From Eledone cirrhosa (Eukaryota), in NCBI GenBank assembly GCA_964016885.1, contig OZ024740.1, positions 195,610,001 to 195,674,000 on the forward strand: DNA of 64,000 bases. The letters are read 5' to 3'. The translations under genes and the position numbers were made by a program. The notes under the pieces were generated by a model. It had not been told where the DNA came from and did no database searches. It saw only the letters and a program-made list of their open reading frames with translations. Positions within the stretch are counted from its first letter, which is position 1; each line of letters starts with the position of its first letter. Shown piece after piece: positions 42,511-56,483 of the stretch.

Positions 42511-42987
42511 CACCTGCAAATTGTAACTTTATAACTGCTTAACTGTAATTTTTTTTCTGCATGTGTTTTCAATTAATGATAATGATTTCATTTATTTGCC
42601 ACAAGGGCAACAATAATGTAACTCATATAACACATACAAAATACAATCACCATCTAATGAAATAACACAACCTCATAATAATGTACATCAATGGTTGTTA
42701 TCAAACCCGGGAGGATGAAATATAAAGTTGACATTTACAGGATTTGAACTCAAAACAAATAGCCCAAATAAATTTCAAAAGACATTTAATACTTTATCAG
42801 TTCTAAATAAATGAAAGATAAAGTTGAAAGATAAAGAATTTAAACAGAGAGTTGGATCAAATACTTTAATGATTCTACCAATTCACTATCTTTCATTATT
42901 ATCTCAAATCCAGGGACTTCTCACTCATGTTGAACTCAACCACTTTCTGTTTGGTTTTAGTCATGTCAGTAGTGTAGCCATACTCAC

Positions 42988-43198
42988 CACACTTGACCAA
43001 TTGTGGGTTGGTGAGGTTATTTAACCCATAGTTGGGGTGGATGGCCATTGACTTTGAAGAGTTCATCCCGTTTGTTGGTTTTTTCTTTGTTTTTTTCACC
43101 TTCAAAATTGTCATCATCATGAAAAATATGTTGCAATATTGCAAGCCTCACATGGAAAATGAATCCCAAGAATACAGACATCAGTCTTAATGCTATAT
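42988..43198 (-). other. Candidate exon downstream of an ETS-like motif
   Basis: TG|GTGAGTA donor at 42987; ATTACAG acceptor or first exon; CGGAAGTG about 45 nt upstream. Confidence 0.25.
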
Positions 43199-43544
43199 CT
43201 GTAATAATAATTTTGACTTTGTGTACATCCGTCAGTCCACTTCCGAGTAGTTAGCGCAGGCACATTGAATTCATGTTCAACAAGTGCAATTTAAAAACAT
43301 TTTTCAGTGCAAATTTTTACTCAAATGTAAATAATATATATAATAACGATATTAATTCAATTGTAAAAGTTGTATATAATGATTCGAATGTAAATAAAAG
43401 AATATTTAATTTTATATATATACTCATTCTCCCAGTGAAGACTAACATGTACAGGCACACACACATTTTATGGGTGTAGAAATTGTCTACAATAAATCGT
43501 GTTTTCTATCTGCAGAATTTCGATGCTATTATTTACATTGACAA

Positions 43545-43737
43545 GAGTGGTGGATTGGCAGTATCGGTAGAGTGTCAGACAACATGCTTTGCAGCGTGGA
43601 GTTATGGCCCTTTGCGTTCTGGGTTCAAATCCCGCCGAGGTTAGCTTTACCTTTCATCCTTACGGGATCGATAAAATGAAGTATTAGTAATGCACTGGGG
43701 TAATTGCTGGCCATGTACCAAAAGAAGAAACAATTAC
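43545..43737 (+). mobile_element. SINE family 2, full length
   Basis: GGGTTCAAATCCC B box; flanked by direct repeat TTACATTGACAA. Confidence 0.88.
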
Positions 43738-45622
43738 TTACATTGACAAGAGTGGTGGTTTGAGAGAATCATTAGAGCACCAGATACTACTATCTTATAC
43801 ATCCAGAAATAAGTCATCAGATGACAGTAGCTGGTCAAACCTATCAAAAACCTAATGACTGGAAAGAGTTTCATCTCTAAAGATGTGGTTAATTAGTGCA
43901 GATAATTATAATCTCATTAATAACAATTTATCTCAGACATTCAAACATGTCATAGACAAGAGGACGGTTTTTCAATATTTAGTGTTTGGTCTTTTGTTTA
44001 TTGGTACTTTATTTTATCGGTTTCAGAAGGATGAAAGGCAAAACTGATCTTGACAGGATTTGAACTAAGAATGTTAGAACAGGTCTACCAAACATAAACA
44101 AAATCTTTGAGTACATGGAAGCTATAAAAAGATTCAATGTAGAAACTATCAGTCTGAGAGAGAGACCATATTGAAACCAGCCTTTAAAAAACTACCAAGA
44201 CTGGAAGTTCAATATATGATTAAAGGTCTACGAAATATAAAAAAACTCTTTGAGTACATGGAAGCTATGAAAAGATTCAACAAAAGAAACTTCTGTTTTA
44301 GAGCTTCCCTTCTTTCATATTTTCCTTTTTTTCTTTTTCTTAATCTGCATCCCATTGGCCTTTGATATTTGAAATTTCATTTTTGTTTTATTTTTTTCCC
44401 CCTTTTTATTAATTTTTCTAATTACTTGTCTCACTAGCTCTTTTTGATTACCAACTGTACAGAGAACTCAATACTTCCTCTAGTTTGTCATGGCTTACTA
44501 GCTCTATACGGACGTTTAAATTGAATAAACAAATATACAAATAGGCATCTTATCAAATGCTCTAACAATTGTTGTTCTGTTTTATTCTATGGGTATGTAT
44601 GTGGGTATGTATGTGTATGTGTGCATGTGATGTTGTGTGTGGGCATGTAATGTTGTGTGTGGGCATGTAGTGTTGTGTGTGTGTGTGCATGTGGTGTTGT
44701 GTGTGTGTGTGTGCATGTGGTGTTTTCTGTGTGTATGGTGTCTTCTGCATGAGTTCTTTATATATCTGGTGTGGAGAGTTGTGTTCTGTCTATGTGCATC
44801 TAGTATGTTCTGTGTGCACATGGTATGTGCATGCGTATTTGGTGTAGTCTGCGTGTATGTGATCTATGTGAGTGAGTGTGTGTGTGTGTGTAAGTGGTGT
44901 ATGTTTTGTGCATGTGTGATGCATATGTGGTGTATTCTGTGTGTGTATGTGATGCAGTCTGTGAGAATGTGTGTGTGTATGATGTATTCTGTGGGTGTGA
45001 GTGTGGGTGTGTGTATATATTTGGTGCACATTCTGTGTTTAACAGATTCTATGCATCTATGAGTGGGTGGAGTGTTCAATGTGTGCTTGTGTATTCACTG
45101 TGTGTGTGTGTGTGTGTAATATATTCTGTGGGTATGATGTGTATTGTGTATGTGTGTGGTGCAGATTCAGTGTTTAACACATTCTGTGCCTCTATGAGTG
45201 GGTAGTGTGTTCAATGTGTGTGTGTATGCTGTATTCACTCTGTGTGTATGTGTTGCAGCAGTGGGTGGTTGTCGCAAATTCTTTTTATTAAGACTTTAAT
45301 TAATTATCTCCTTGAAATGAGAATAACTGTTTTGGTGTGTGTATGTGGGAGGGTGAAGTGATTTTTTTTTTTCGATTATTTTTTACCTCATTAATCTTGT
45401 GTGAACTGGTTAGCAAACTTTTAAGGTAAATTAGTTTAATTAGGTCAAGAAAAAAAGGGTGGGAAATGTTTTGACTATTATTACTACTACTGCAATTACT
45501 ACCACTATTGCTATTACTACTACTACTACTACTACTATAATGTTTTCTAATTTAGGCACAAGGCCAGCAAATTTATTGGCCCCAGAAGGCTGAAAAGCAA
45601 AGTTGACTCTAGTCAGATTTAA

Positions 45623-45830
45623 CCCTTTAGCTTTTAAACGGCTCATATCCGGCCAGAATTCTCTCGCCTCTTTCTGTTCAATCTGGCTGTAACCAGCCAC
45701 TCATACTTATGTTAAGGTATTGTTCTCAAAATAAATGATATCAGAATCTCATAGATTCAATATTATGCGAGATAAAGCCTTTACCATGAAAATACAATAG
45801 TAAATATAGAGTAATGTAAATGCTAAAGGA
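45623..45830. mobile_element. piggyBac-like MITE (copy 2) inserted in a SINE family 2 B box
   Basis: TTAA-CCCTTTAGC...GCTAAAGGA-TTAA; the flanks rejoin as AGATTTAAACTCAG. Confidence 0.88.
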
Positions 45831-46939
45831 TTAAACTCAGAATATTAAGGGCCATAACTATATAGTGTAAAGCAATTTGTCTGATGCTCTACCACTCTTA
45901 TTAGAAAGAGAGAGAGAGAGAAAGAGAAGTGAAAGATGAATCAACTGGTACTTATTTATCAACTTCAAAAGGTAAAGTTGTCTATGGTGGGATTTGAACA
46001 CAGGGTGCAGAGAGCCACAACAAGTATCAAAGCATTTTAATCCAACGCTCTGACAACTTTGGCAATTCATCATCTGTCTCTACTGTACTATGTATGGTAT
46101 GGATCCATAGGGGCTCTGCATAGACATATGGCATAACTAGGGCAATTGTTTTTAAAACCTGATGGTGCCTAGCCACTCCTTTCCAGGCATGAGCACAGCA
46201 GATTTCTTCCAGAGAAGGATAGGAAGTGAGAAAGATATATATAGAAGAAGAATCAACCTCAGTAATAGACTGGTACTTTTTTATCAACCTCGAATGGATG
46301 AAAGGTAAAGTTGACAGCAGCAGGATTTTAACTCAGAGCAGACATCCGGAACAAATACCGCAAAGCATTCTCTCCAACATTCTAATGACTGCCATTTCAG
46401 TGACTTATACTACATTATACTATTAAAATAATTGATGGAGGTGATGGTGATGACAGTTGTGGTGGTGGTGGTGGTGCTGCTGCTGCTGATACTGTTAGTG
46501 GAGATGGCAATGGAGGTGTTGGTGGTGATGATGATGATGAGATTAAGAATAACAATAGTAATGATTTTTAATTAAACATAATCCCTCCACCCCTTCAGTC
46601 ATGATGAGAATAAATGCAACATTTGCTTTTATTCTCATCCCTTTCCCCACCTCTATCCTTCTTCTTGGAGTGTCTATTAAAGAAAATGTTGGTTAAAGTT
46701 GTAGCAGAATGGAAAGAAAGAAGAAAATAATGGGAGAAAGAAGAAAACCATTTTGATTATTCTAACAAATAATTGATTTCTCAGATTGAGAGAATACCAG
46801 AAAATTGTAGGAAAGAGAATTGATATAATTTGGATTGAATTAATACCAATATATGACTGGTATATATCTTATAACATTAAACAAGCATGGTCACAGTTAG
46901 CTGGTTGAGAATTAGTGTAAGAGTAAAGCTGCATAATAA

Positions 46940-47135
46940 TAATGATTTCTACTTTAGGCACAAGACCAGTAATTTGGGGGTTTGGGGTCAGCTGACTATT
47001 GACCCCAGTTCTTTACTGGTACTTTATTTTATCGACCCTGGAAGGATGAAAGGTAATGCTAACTATAGCAGGATTTGAACTCAGAACATAAAGGGTTGTA
47101 ACCAAATGCCATAATACTAACGATTTTGCTAATCT
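46940..47135 (-). mobile_element. SINE family 2 copy
   Basis: TTTCTACTTTAGGCACAAG..ACTGGTACTTTATTTTATCGACCC..GGATTTGAACTCAG. Confidence 0.8.
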
Positions 47136-48619
47136 ATTACTACTACCTGATTAAGGATAGAAACAACTCCCATCACTATCTGAAACTCAATATAGGCCCT
47201 CATTTTACTGTCTTTCTCTCTCAAAAATGGAATAATTAATTGCAACAACCCCTTATATTTAAATTTTATTTATAAAACACACTCCAATTGGTTTAAACTA
47301 AAACTAGTTTCCTAATTCATCCAATCACTGAGTATTTTACATCAAAAATGAGTAAGGACAAGGGGTTAAACAAAACCATATCAGTAAATATAAAAAGATA
47401 AATGGACTTCCATCAGAGTCAACAACGAATGTCCAACTTGTTTGGTCAATTGAACAACCTACTTGTGAAAGTAACAGTTTAAATTGCCAAGTATTCAACA
47501 GACACATACACCCACAACATAATTCTCAGTGAGATTCAGCCTAGCACAATGTGTGACATGGCTAGTCCTTTGAATTACAGGTACACTCCAAACAGTTCTT
47601 GTCTACATGTACCCATAACATAATTCTAAATGCATAGCATGTGACAAGGCTAGCCTTTTGAATTACAGGTACACTCCAAACGGTTCCTGTTCACATGTAC
47701 CCTTATCATAATTCTCAATGAGATTCAGCCTAGCACAGTGGGTGACAAGGCTTGGTTTGACCCAAGGCTATGGTAAAGAACATTTGTCCAAGATGACATA
47801 GATGACATATAGTGGAAATGAATTTGAAACAAACTTCTAAACGATGGAAAAAGAAGATCCTCAGATCAGATGAGAGATTGAGAATCAGTCAATAGTGTGG
47901 TGGATGAAATGTCTTGGTATTTATTTTGGCTCACTGCACTATGAGTTCAAATTCTTCTCAGGTCAACTTAGCCTTTCCTCCTATGGGGGTTGAGAATTAA
48001 AGTACCAGTCCAGTGACGGTTGTTTGGTAGGATTGCTAAAGAATCAAACAGGGCACTTTGTGGTATCTATCCCAGTTGAGTGCATTCTGAATTTCAAATC
48101 CTGCCTCTTTCTACAAGGAGTTGCATCTGGTAGACAGTATCAGCCATGAAAAATCCAATAGAGACATTGTTTCCTTGGCCTGATCTTATGATCAGCTAGT
48201 TTTCTATCTTACCCATTCTGCCATGCTGTATCAACATTCAGAAGCTATAAAAATACAGCAGAATTAGAACAGAAAATTGTTATTGGCAATGTATACTGGG
48301 TGTACATGGAAGAAGAAACATAGGATAATTTTCCGTCACAGTTTCAAAGACAAGACAATTTATTATGATACAATGTTGAACAAAACCAAAAGTTTTCAGA
48401 ATTTTCAACTGACCATAAAAACATATAGCTGTTTGATGCTACCCACCTCCCTCAACCCCCCAACCACCCACCCACCCAAAAAACTAATTTACGAGAAAAT
48501 GGAAAATTTCATTTTTGATGCCTTTGGAGGAAATTTTGTTGCTTTGCTTTCGTTTGTTTTTTTTTTTCATTTGTCATATTCAATTTCTCTTATTCAGTTA
48601 CAAAAAAAGAAAAATGGTC

Positions 48620-49455
48620 AATGGTGGTGATGGTCGTGGTGGTGGTGATGACAGTGGTGGTGGTGGTGGTGGTGGTGGTGGTGGTGGTGATGGTGATGGT
48701 GGTGGTGACAGTGGTGGTGATGGTGACAGTGGTGGGGATGGCAGTGGCGGTGATGGTGGTGGTGATGACAGTGGTGGTGGTGGTGATGGTGGTGGTGGTG
48801 GTGGTGGTGGTGGTAACAGTGGTGGTGATGGTGATAGTGGTGGGGATGGCAGTGGTGGCGATGGTGGTGGTGGTGAGTGGTGGGGATGATGACAGTGGTG
48901 GGGTTGGCAGTGGTGGCGATGGTGGTGATGACAGTGGTGGTGGTGATGGTGGTGGTGATGATGGTGACAGTGGTGGGGATGGCAGTGGTGGCGATGGTGG
49001 TGGTGGTGATGGTGGTGGTGGTGGTGATGGTGATTGTGACAGTGGTGGAGATGGCAGTGGTGGCAATGGTGGTGGTGGTGATGACAGTGGTGGTGGTGAT
49101 GGTGACAGTGGTGGTGATGGTGACAGTGGTGGGGATGGCAGTGGCGGCGATGGTGGTGGTGGTGATGACAGTGGACGTGGTGATGGTGGTGGTGGTGGTG
49201 ATGGTGACAGTGGTGGGGATGGCAGTGATGGTGAGAGTGGTGGGGATGGCAGTGGCGGCGATGGTGGTAGTGGTGATGACAGTGGACGTGGTGATGGTGG
49301 TGGTGGTGGTGATGGTGACAGTGGTGGGGATGGCAGTGATGGTGACAGTGGTGGGGATGGCAGTGGTGGCGATGGTGGTGGTGATGGCAGTGGTGGTGAT
49401 GACAGTGGTGGTGATCGTGATGGTGATGATTGTGCTGATGATAGTGGTGGTGATC
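48620..49455. repeat. G-rich triplet-periodic repeat (GGT/GAT/GAC-AGT) with higher-order blocks
   Basis: Direct observation. Confidence 0.93.
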
Positions 49456-49774
49456 TCTAATCCTCATTTTCATATCCAATGTTGCCATGTTGATATGAGT
49501 TGGACAGATCAACAATATAATGAATGCAGAATGGGTTGAATAAATACATCTTCATAGAATACCTACAATATAGTATTCCATCTTGGAAAACCAGTTGAAT
49601 AATGCCAAAGTGCCAAAAAAAAAATATATATATATATACATACATATACACACACACACACATGTGTGTGTGTGTGTGTACATTTATATATATAAATAGG
49701 TCTGTGTGCGTATATATATATTTGTGTGTGTATGTATGTGTTTATATATATCATCATCGTGTTTATATATATCA

Positions 49775-49983
49775 TCACAGAGAAGACTGGGGTTAGCTGG
49801 ACATGCTCACCAACATTCAGAGTTGACACTGCACACACTGGAAGAGGAAGACCAAGGATGACATATACTGATGCGCTAAGGACAGACACTGGTCTCTGAG
49901 AGACGCAGGACATGGCGATGATGATGGACAGAGACCACTGGAGAGAACTCATCCATGGATCTCAGGAATTTTACCTGCCCTAG
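49775..49983 (+). mobile_element. Non-LTR (RTE-like) C-terminal fragment
   Basis: QRRLGLAGH..GRGRPRMTYTDALRTDTG..MMDRDHWRELI. Confidence 0.8.
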
Positions 49984-50101
49984 ATATATATATAGAGATA
50001 TATATATATAGATATATATATATCTAGGGTTAAGGGTGAAAGCAGTGATTCTTTGGTTAAACTTTAATCTGTTATTTTAATAATTATATATATATATATA
50101 T

Positions 50102-51338
50102 ATCATCATCATTTTATGTCCGCCTTTCCCTGGTTGCAAGGGTAGGACGGGTCTTATTCAGCACAGCATCTCTCCACTTATCACGGTCCTTCGTCATCTC
50201 CACCGTGAGCTTCAGCGATCTGAGGTTTGTTCTCACCACCTCCGCCCATGTTTTTCGTGGTCTACCTCTACCACGTCTTCCTTCAACTGGCATTTCCTGG
50301 TACTTCTTCACCTATCGGTATTACTCCATGCGCATCACATGTCCATACCACCGCAGTCTCCTCTCTCGCACACTACATTCTATCCTTCTCAACACATCCA
50401 TGCTGGGTCGTTCACGCACACTGACATTGCACATCCAACGGAGCATGCTTGCCTCATTTCTCTCCAGCTGTCGCATATCCTCTGCAGTTGCTGCCCAAGT
50501 CTCACTACCATGCAGCATCGCGCTCCTCACACAGGCATCATATAACCGGCCTTTTGTACGCAGGGAGAAACCCTTCTTCGTCAGCAGAGGAAGCAGCTCC
50601 CTAAATTTCTTCCAACCCGTCCTTATTCTAGATACTATGGCCTCGGAACACCCCCCTCCCATGCTAATCTGATCTCCTAGGTACCGGAAACTATCCAGCA
50701 CTTCTATAGCACCCACCTGCATTTGAAAAATGTGTCTATCAATGCGACTTCTACTGTCTAATTTCCCTGTATATCTATTGCATATGTATTTCTCCCTACC
50801 TGTTAGTTTGTCTGCTATCCCACTACATCTCTTGTGTACCCAGGATCTGCATTGTGTGCATTTTATAGAATTTATGCCAGTTCCTGTCTGCATATCGAAC
50901 ATGGCCATTTCCCTGACAGAATCAGAGTTTTGTCCTCTTTTCTACTCATCAACACTTTTGTCTTATCTAAGTTCACACTCAGTCTTCTTGCTTACAACTG
51001 CTGTTTCCATAGCCATAATTTATTCTCTAACTCCTCTACTGATTTTGCTATAAGAACCAGATCGTCAGTATAGAGAAGTTCCCATGGACAGCCAGTCTTA
51101 AACTCCTCTGTTATGGCTTGGAGGACTATAATGAACAAGAGCGGATTGAGGACCGAACCCTCATGTACTCCTACTTGTATCTGGAATTCCTCACTAAACT
51201 CCATTCCTACCCTCACTTTACTGACAGCACCTATGTACCATGTTTGCATTGTCCTCACAAGCCATTCCTCAACACCTAGTTTCCTTAGGGACCACTAGAT
51301 GACAGATCAGGGTACCCTATCAAAGGCCTTCTCTAGGT

Positions 51339-51343
<5 letters not shown>
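50102..51343 (-). mobile_element. 5'-truncated RTE-PHD LINE, copy 2
   Basis: DLEKAFD, LLYTDDL, CTQCRSWVHKRC, LHGSETW, RLRWYGHVMRM; GAT tail. Confidence 0.95.
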
Positions 51344-51433
<90 letters not shown>

Positions 51434-51479
51434 CAATTACACAGCATATATATATATATCATCACTCATTCCAATGTGA

Positions 51480-52345
51480 TCATCATCATCGTTTAATGTA
51501 CATTTTCCATGTTACATGAGTTAGACAGGTTGTTCTGTTATGAGACAATTCAGATTAGATGACCATGTCTTGCTCATACGGATTTGTATTTTGGCTTAGT
51601 TTCTACAGCTGGTTGCCTTTCCTAATACTTATGTTACAATGTGGACTGGGTGCTTTTTATTGTGGCACCAAAATGACCACTTAACATGGTGGACTGGGTG
51701 CATTATCATTATCATTTTTACATCTACTTTCCATGCTGGCATGGGTTGTCACAATCTAACAAGACTTATCACAGCAGCCTCATTTCACTCATACTTTCCT
51801 TATTTTGGCATACTTTCTACAGTTGGATGCTATTCCTAACATCAACCACCTTACTGGGTGTATTTTTTGTGAAACCATCAATACCACTTTACAGAATGGT
51901 CTGGAAACCTTTTACCATGACACTGGCACTAGAGAGGTTGTCACATGTTTGTCCAGACTGAGGAGTCCTATCAGACCATATATTATCTTTGTTCAGCCAC
52001 CAATCTCTGTAGTATCCAGTCTCTCACCATGCTTACTTTTTAGTGTTGCAATTCTTGTACTGGTGAGTAGGTCTTTTGTACCATAGCATAATGCCAGTCC
52101 ACTCAGTCCTGTGTCATTTCCTTTGTGAAGTTCAGTCTTGGTTTCCCTCTTCTGCAGATTTTATCCACTTCGAGCTCTCAACAACTTTTTATACAACTTT
52201 CACTTTCCTTCAGTATCACTTGACCATACCATTGCAATTGTTTCTCTTGTACACTACATTTAATTCCTCTTGTACTTAAATGTTCTCTCAGTTCACTTAT
52301 GCTCTGTTGTTCATGAGCAATACACATCCAGCAAAGTGTGCGTGC
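51480..52345 (-). mobile_element. Old RTE 3' end with SINE-like 3' UTR, degenerate
   Basis: Remnant RTE C-terminal coding at 52070-52340 plus TTCTACAGCTGG/TCCTAA blocks and an ATC tail. Confidence 0.6.
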
Positions 52346-52372
52346 CTTGTTTCTTTTATATTTAGTAATATA

Positions 52373-52593
52373 CTAGGTGATCCCTCCCCACTGGTTCCAC
52401 ACTACCATCCCCTCCTACAGATCTCTACTTTATTACCTTTAACACATGTAGATTCGTAGGCTTGCAATAAACTATAACACATAATTTATCTCCCTTCTCC
52501 TTTCAACTTAAATAAAGGGATTGCCTCCTCTTTTCACTCCTACATATGTGACAGACAGGCAGACAGACAGAGATACAGCTTTTATGATATAGA
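52373..52593 (-). mobile_element. Short non-autonomous Helitron-type element
   Basis: Minus strand starts A|TCTATATCATAAAAGCTGTATCTCTGTCTGTC and ends ...CACCTAG|T. Confidence 0.65.
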
Positions 52594-52653
52594 TTGAGTG
52601 TTTAATATCATTTTATTTTTGCATAGTGCACCTGAGCACTGTACACAATATTT

Positions 52654-52688
<35 letters not shown>

Positions 52689-55041
52689 AACATAGACACT
52701 ATATATATATATATATACATATACACACACACAAACACATGCATGCAAACACACACACACATGCCTTTATAAATGCCTCTTCTTTGTTTCATTGTCTTCT
52801 GTATTGTAAGTTGATACATGAAACCAAAAACCAGACTGTAAGCAAGTGATAAGATTCTTTTGTTGGTATTCAGACAATAATCCGATAAAGCAAATATGGA
52901 TATTCTGGTAAACTTTGTATATTTTTACGACTTTGCTGATTTGAATAGAAGAAAGCTGTTTCCATTTTCTTTCTCAGCATTTTAAAAGTTGCTGTGGAGA
53001 CATTTTGTGCACAAATAGTTATAGATTAATTACAAAATTAAATCTAGAAGTACACAAAATGTTCAGGTTCTGCATCCTGAGACAATAAATGTTCGATTTT
53101 TTTTCACTAGAGTAGAAGTGAATTTTGGTTATCTGAATACACAATATGAGAGCCATTCTTGCTTTTATTTTTTAGTGGGGAAGGGCCATTTCACATTTGT
53201 GAATCATTATATCATTAAGTAGATCATAAATAGCATGGAATCTAATTTTATTTCCAAAGTTTGAGGGTTTGCAGCTATATATGAGAAATAGTTATTAACA
53301 AGTCATATCAACTGGCTGATCAACAACAGTACAGTGTTTTCTGTCCTTCATTCTGAAGAATATAAGTTGATGTGATTATGCTTGAATTTCATGGAAACTT
53401 TTGCTGGAATGTTCCATTAATGTTCTTTATTATTCTAGCTAACAATGTAGAAGTGTAAAATCTTATAAAAACTCCTCCATCCCAGGAAACACTTCTTTGT
53501 ACAGCTCTCTACAACCCTCATTCATTGTTGCAAGTGAGAAAAATATAATAAAACAATAAAATTTATAACTGCACAGGTTTTAGCAAAGCCCATCAAACAC
53601 CCACCCCTATGGAGCTAAACTCACATGACTGTTGCAATAATATTCAACCCTTGAAGTTTGTATTCATCATCATCATTGTTTAATATTCATTTTTCATGCT
53701 AGCATGAGTTAGATATGCTGTCCCATTGTGAGACAAGTCAGATCAGGTGACCATGTCTTGCTCATCACAGAATTGTTTCTGGCTTGGTTTCTAAGGCCTT
53801 TCCTAATGCCAACCACATTTACAGCATGTCATGTCATGTCACCAGCATGAGCACTTTACAAGCAATGAAAAATAAAAATAAAAAAGGGGCTTCTACATAT
53901 CTGATCAACCTGTTCAATCTTTATAAACTAGGAGAGAAATGTGATCACAAGAGAAACATATACAACCTTATAAATTAGGACAGAAGAGTGACCACAGCAG
54001 TAATAAGATAACTAATAAGTCTAATAAACTAGGACAATAGTGTGACCATAACAGACAAATGAATGAAGGAGCCTATTTTCAGTCATTAACTTTCTAGAAA
54101 TACCAGCCAAATCTCTGTCATATCACATATAACCATCTCTTTAAAAAAAGCAAGGATACATTGAATAGTACAGTCATGGATACACTGTGCCAATCTAAAA
54201 AGAAAAAAACAGATGGAATAGTTATAACTTGAGCAGCATTGATTATAGGCCTGCTTGATCAGAGATGACCGTGGGGCTTAAACAACAACCACATCAACAT
54301 CAACATGAACATTTGTATGGCTAGAACATTTGTATGTTTGTGCGTGTGTTTCTTCTTTTAAAGGGTATACACACATTCAACATCATTAGTATATTCTACA
54401 TACCCAGTGTGTTAGGGGCAATGTGTCCTAGGAAAGTTACTGCATATGATTCTTGCAATAATTTCATGCCTCAGAGGAAACCAATACCTGGCTGACATTT
54501 CTAAGCAGCTGATGATAATATGATTTATAACTTCCATACTCATATCATATAACCAATATTTATTATTTATCCAGTGCCTCCAGGGATCTATGCAATGTCA
54601 TTATAATCAGTTTTGGGGCTTGTTTTGTAGGGTTTTTTATAGTGTTGGTTTTTTTTTTTGGGGGGGGGGGGGGGGGGTAAGGTAGTGTATGATGTTGAAG
54701 TGGCTTAGTTCACTCTTTCAGGTCAAAAATATTGCTTTCCAAACATTAATAATATGTATACTGTTCAAGATTAATTCTAAATCTTACTATTTACTAGTTT
54801 TTGCCTGAGCAACAGCAATAACATATAACAAATCTGCAGTGAGGTTGGCAGGATCATTAAAGTAACAAAGAAAATGTCATGCAATATTTGTTTATAGGTC
54901 TTTACATTCTGAGTTCAAATCCCACTCAGGTATACTTTGTGTTTTCAGTTTCCCAAAAGAGGGACCAATAGAATAAAGTAGCAATTAAGTTCTGAGATGG
55001 ATATATATTCCTATAATGCATTCTAGATGTGAATGAAATAA

Positions 55042-55258
55042 TAACGATTTCTACTATAGGCATAAGGCCAGCAGATTGGGGGGGGGGGGGTCAATTATAT
55101 CAACCCCAGTGCATTACTGGTGCTTTATTTTATCAAGCCTGTAAGGATGAAAGGCAAAGCTAACCTCAGCAGGATTTGAACTGAGAACATAAAGGGCCAT
55201 AACTATGCTGCAAAACATGGTGTCTGACGCTCTACCGATTCTGCCAATCGACCGCCCT
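55042..55258 (-). mobile_element. SINE family 2, full length, 14-bp TSD
   Basis: TGTGAATGAAATAA at 55028-55041 and 55259-55272. Confidence 0.92.
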
Positions 55259-55896
55259 TGTGAATGAAATAACAGACAACAAAAGCAGTGTCTGTCTGAA
55301 CTGAACTAAGGTGTAATTTGTCTTAAGTACAGTTTGATCGTGTTGTTGCTATTGATGTAATGATGGATCTTCTATCTGTTTTGACAATAAGCATTCAGTT
55401 GTTTGATCAACTGAGTGTTCTACTTATTAAATTAACAGGTAAATGGCTGAGTATTCCACAGACATGCATACTCTTAATATAATCATATTAATTCTTAGTT
55501 TGAAATAGTGTGACATAACATGTGATGAAGCAAGACCATTGAATTACAGATACAGTCCAACCAACAGGACTCCTCAAAGTTTCTATTTACAAGATTTCAC
55601 TCATTTTTTTTTTCTTTTTAGATATCTACTGTGTATCCGGGACTGTACTATTCAATGTGTCCTTGATATTTTTTAAAGATTCTAATGTATGATATGAAGG
55701 AGATTTGGCTGCTATTTCTAGAAAGTTAAGACAGAAAACAGGCTCCTTCATCTGCTTGTCTGTTATCTTGAGTGGAGATAAGGTTATGGTAAAAGAGGTG
55801 TTCAAAGGGTCAGTCAGGCAATAGGACTGAACCCGGAACCTCATGATTGCACAGCAAACTTCTTAACCCATCAGGGATGGTTACAGCCACATATTA

Positions 55897-56209
55897 ATGT
55901 AAACTTACACAATAGTTAACAGTATTTTAGAGCATTTGAAATTGTTGTTGTAAATAAATTCTTCAGTTGGCAAATGTGTTTTTATATAATATATATATAA
56001 TCATTGTTGTTTTATATATATATATATAGTCATTGTGTGTGTGTGTGTGTGTGTATGTGTGTGTGTAGCATCATCATCATTGTTGTTTAATATATATATA
56101 ATTTAAAAACACATCTTCCAACTGAAGAATTTATTTACAACAACAATCTCAAATGCAATAAACAAAATAAATGCTCTAAAATACTGTTAACTATTGTGTA
56201 TGTTTACAT
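55897..56209. repeat. Diverged inverted repeat (~90-110 bp arms) around a microsatellite spacer
   Basis: ATGTAAACTTACACAATAGTTAACAGTATTTTAGAGCATTT vs AAATGCTCTAAAATACTGTTAACTATTGTGTATGTTTACAT. Confidence 0.9.
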
Positions 56210-56483
56210 CATATATATATATATATATATACAGACACACATATAAGAAAAATAAACAAGTAAAAAAAACTACAATAATGGAATATTAAGTTAAAGTTTG
56301 ATAAAGTTGGAAAAGTGTCGTAACATTTCAGATGTTAGAAAGAGAGAACATTTGGGGGAGGAAGTGAAAAAAAAGACATGAGAGTAAAATGAGAAAACAG
56401 AAAAAAAAAGATGAGAGGAAGAAGCCCGTTTTGTTATAAGTAAGCCATCTATATTTTATATATGTGTGTGTGTGTGTGTGTGT

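Noticed and set aside
48598-49515. 305-aa His/Pro-rich ORF
   Set aside because: Antisense reading of the GGT-type repeat
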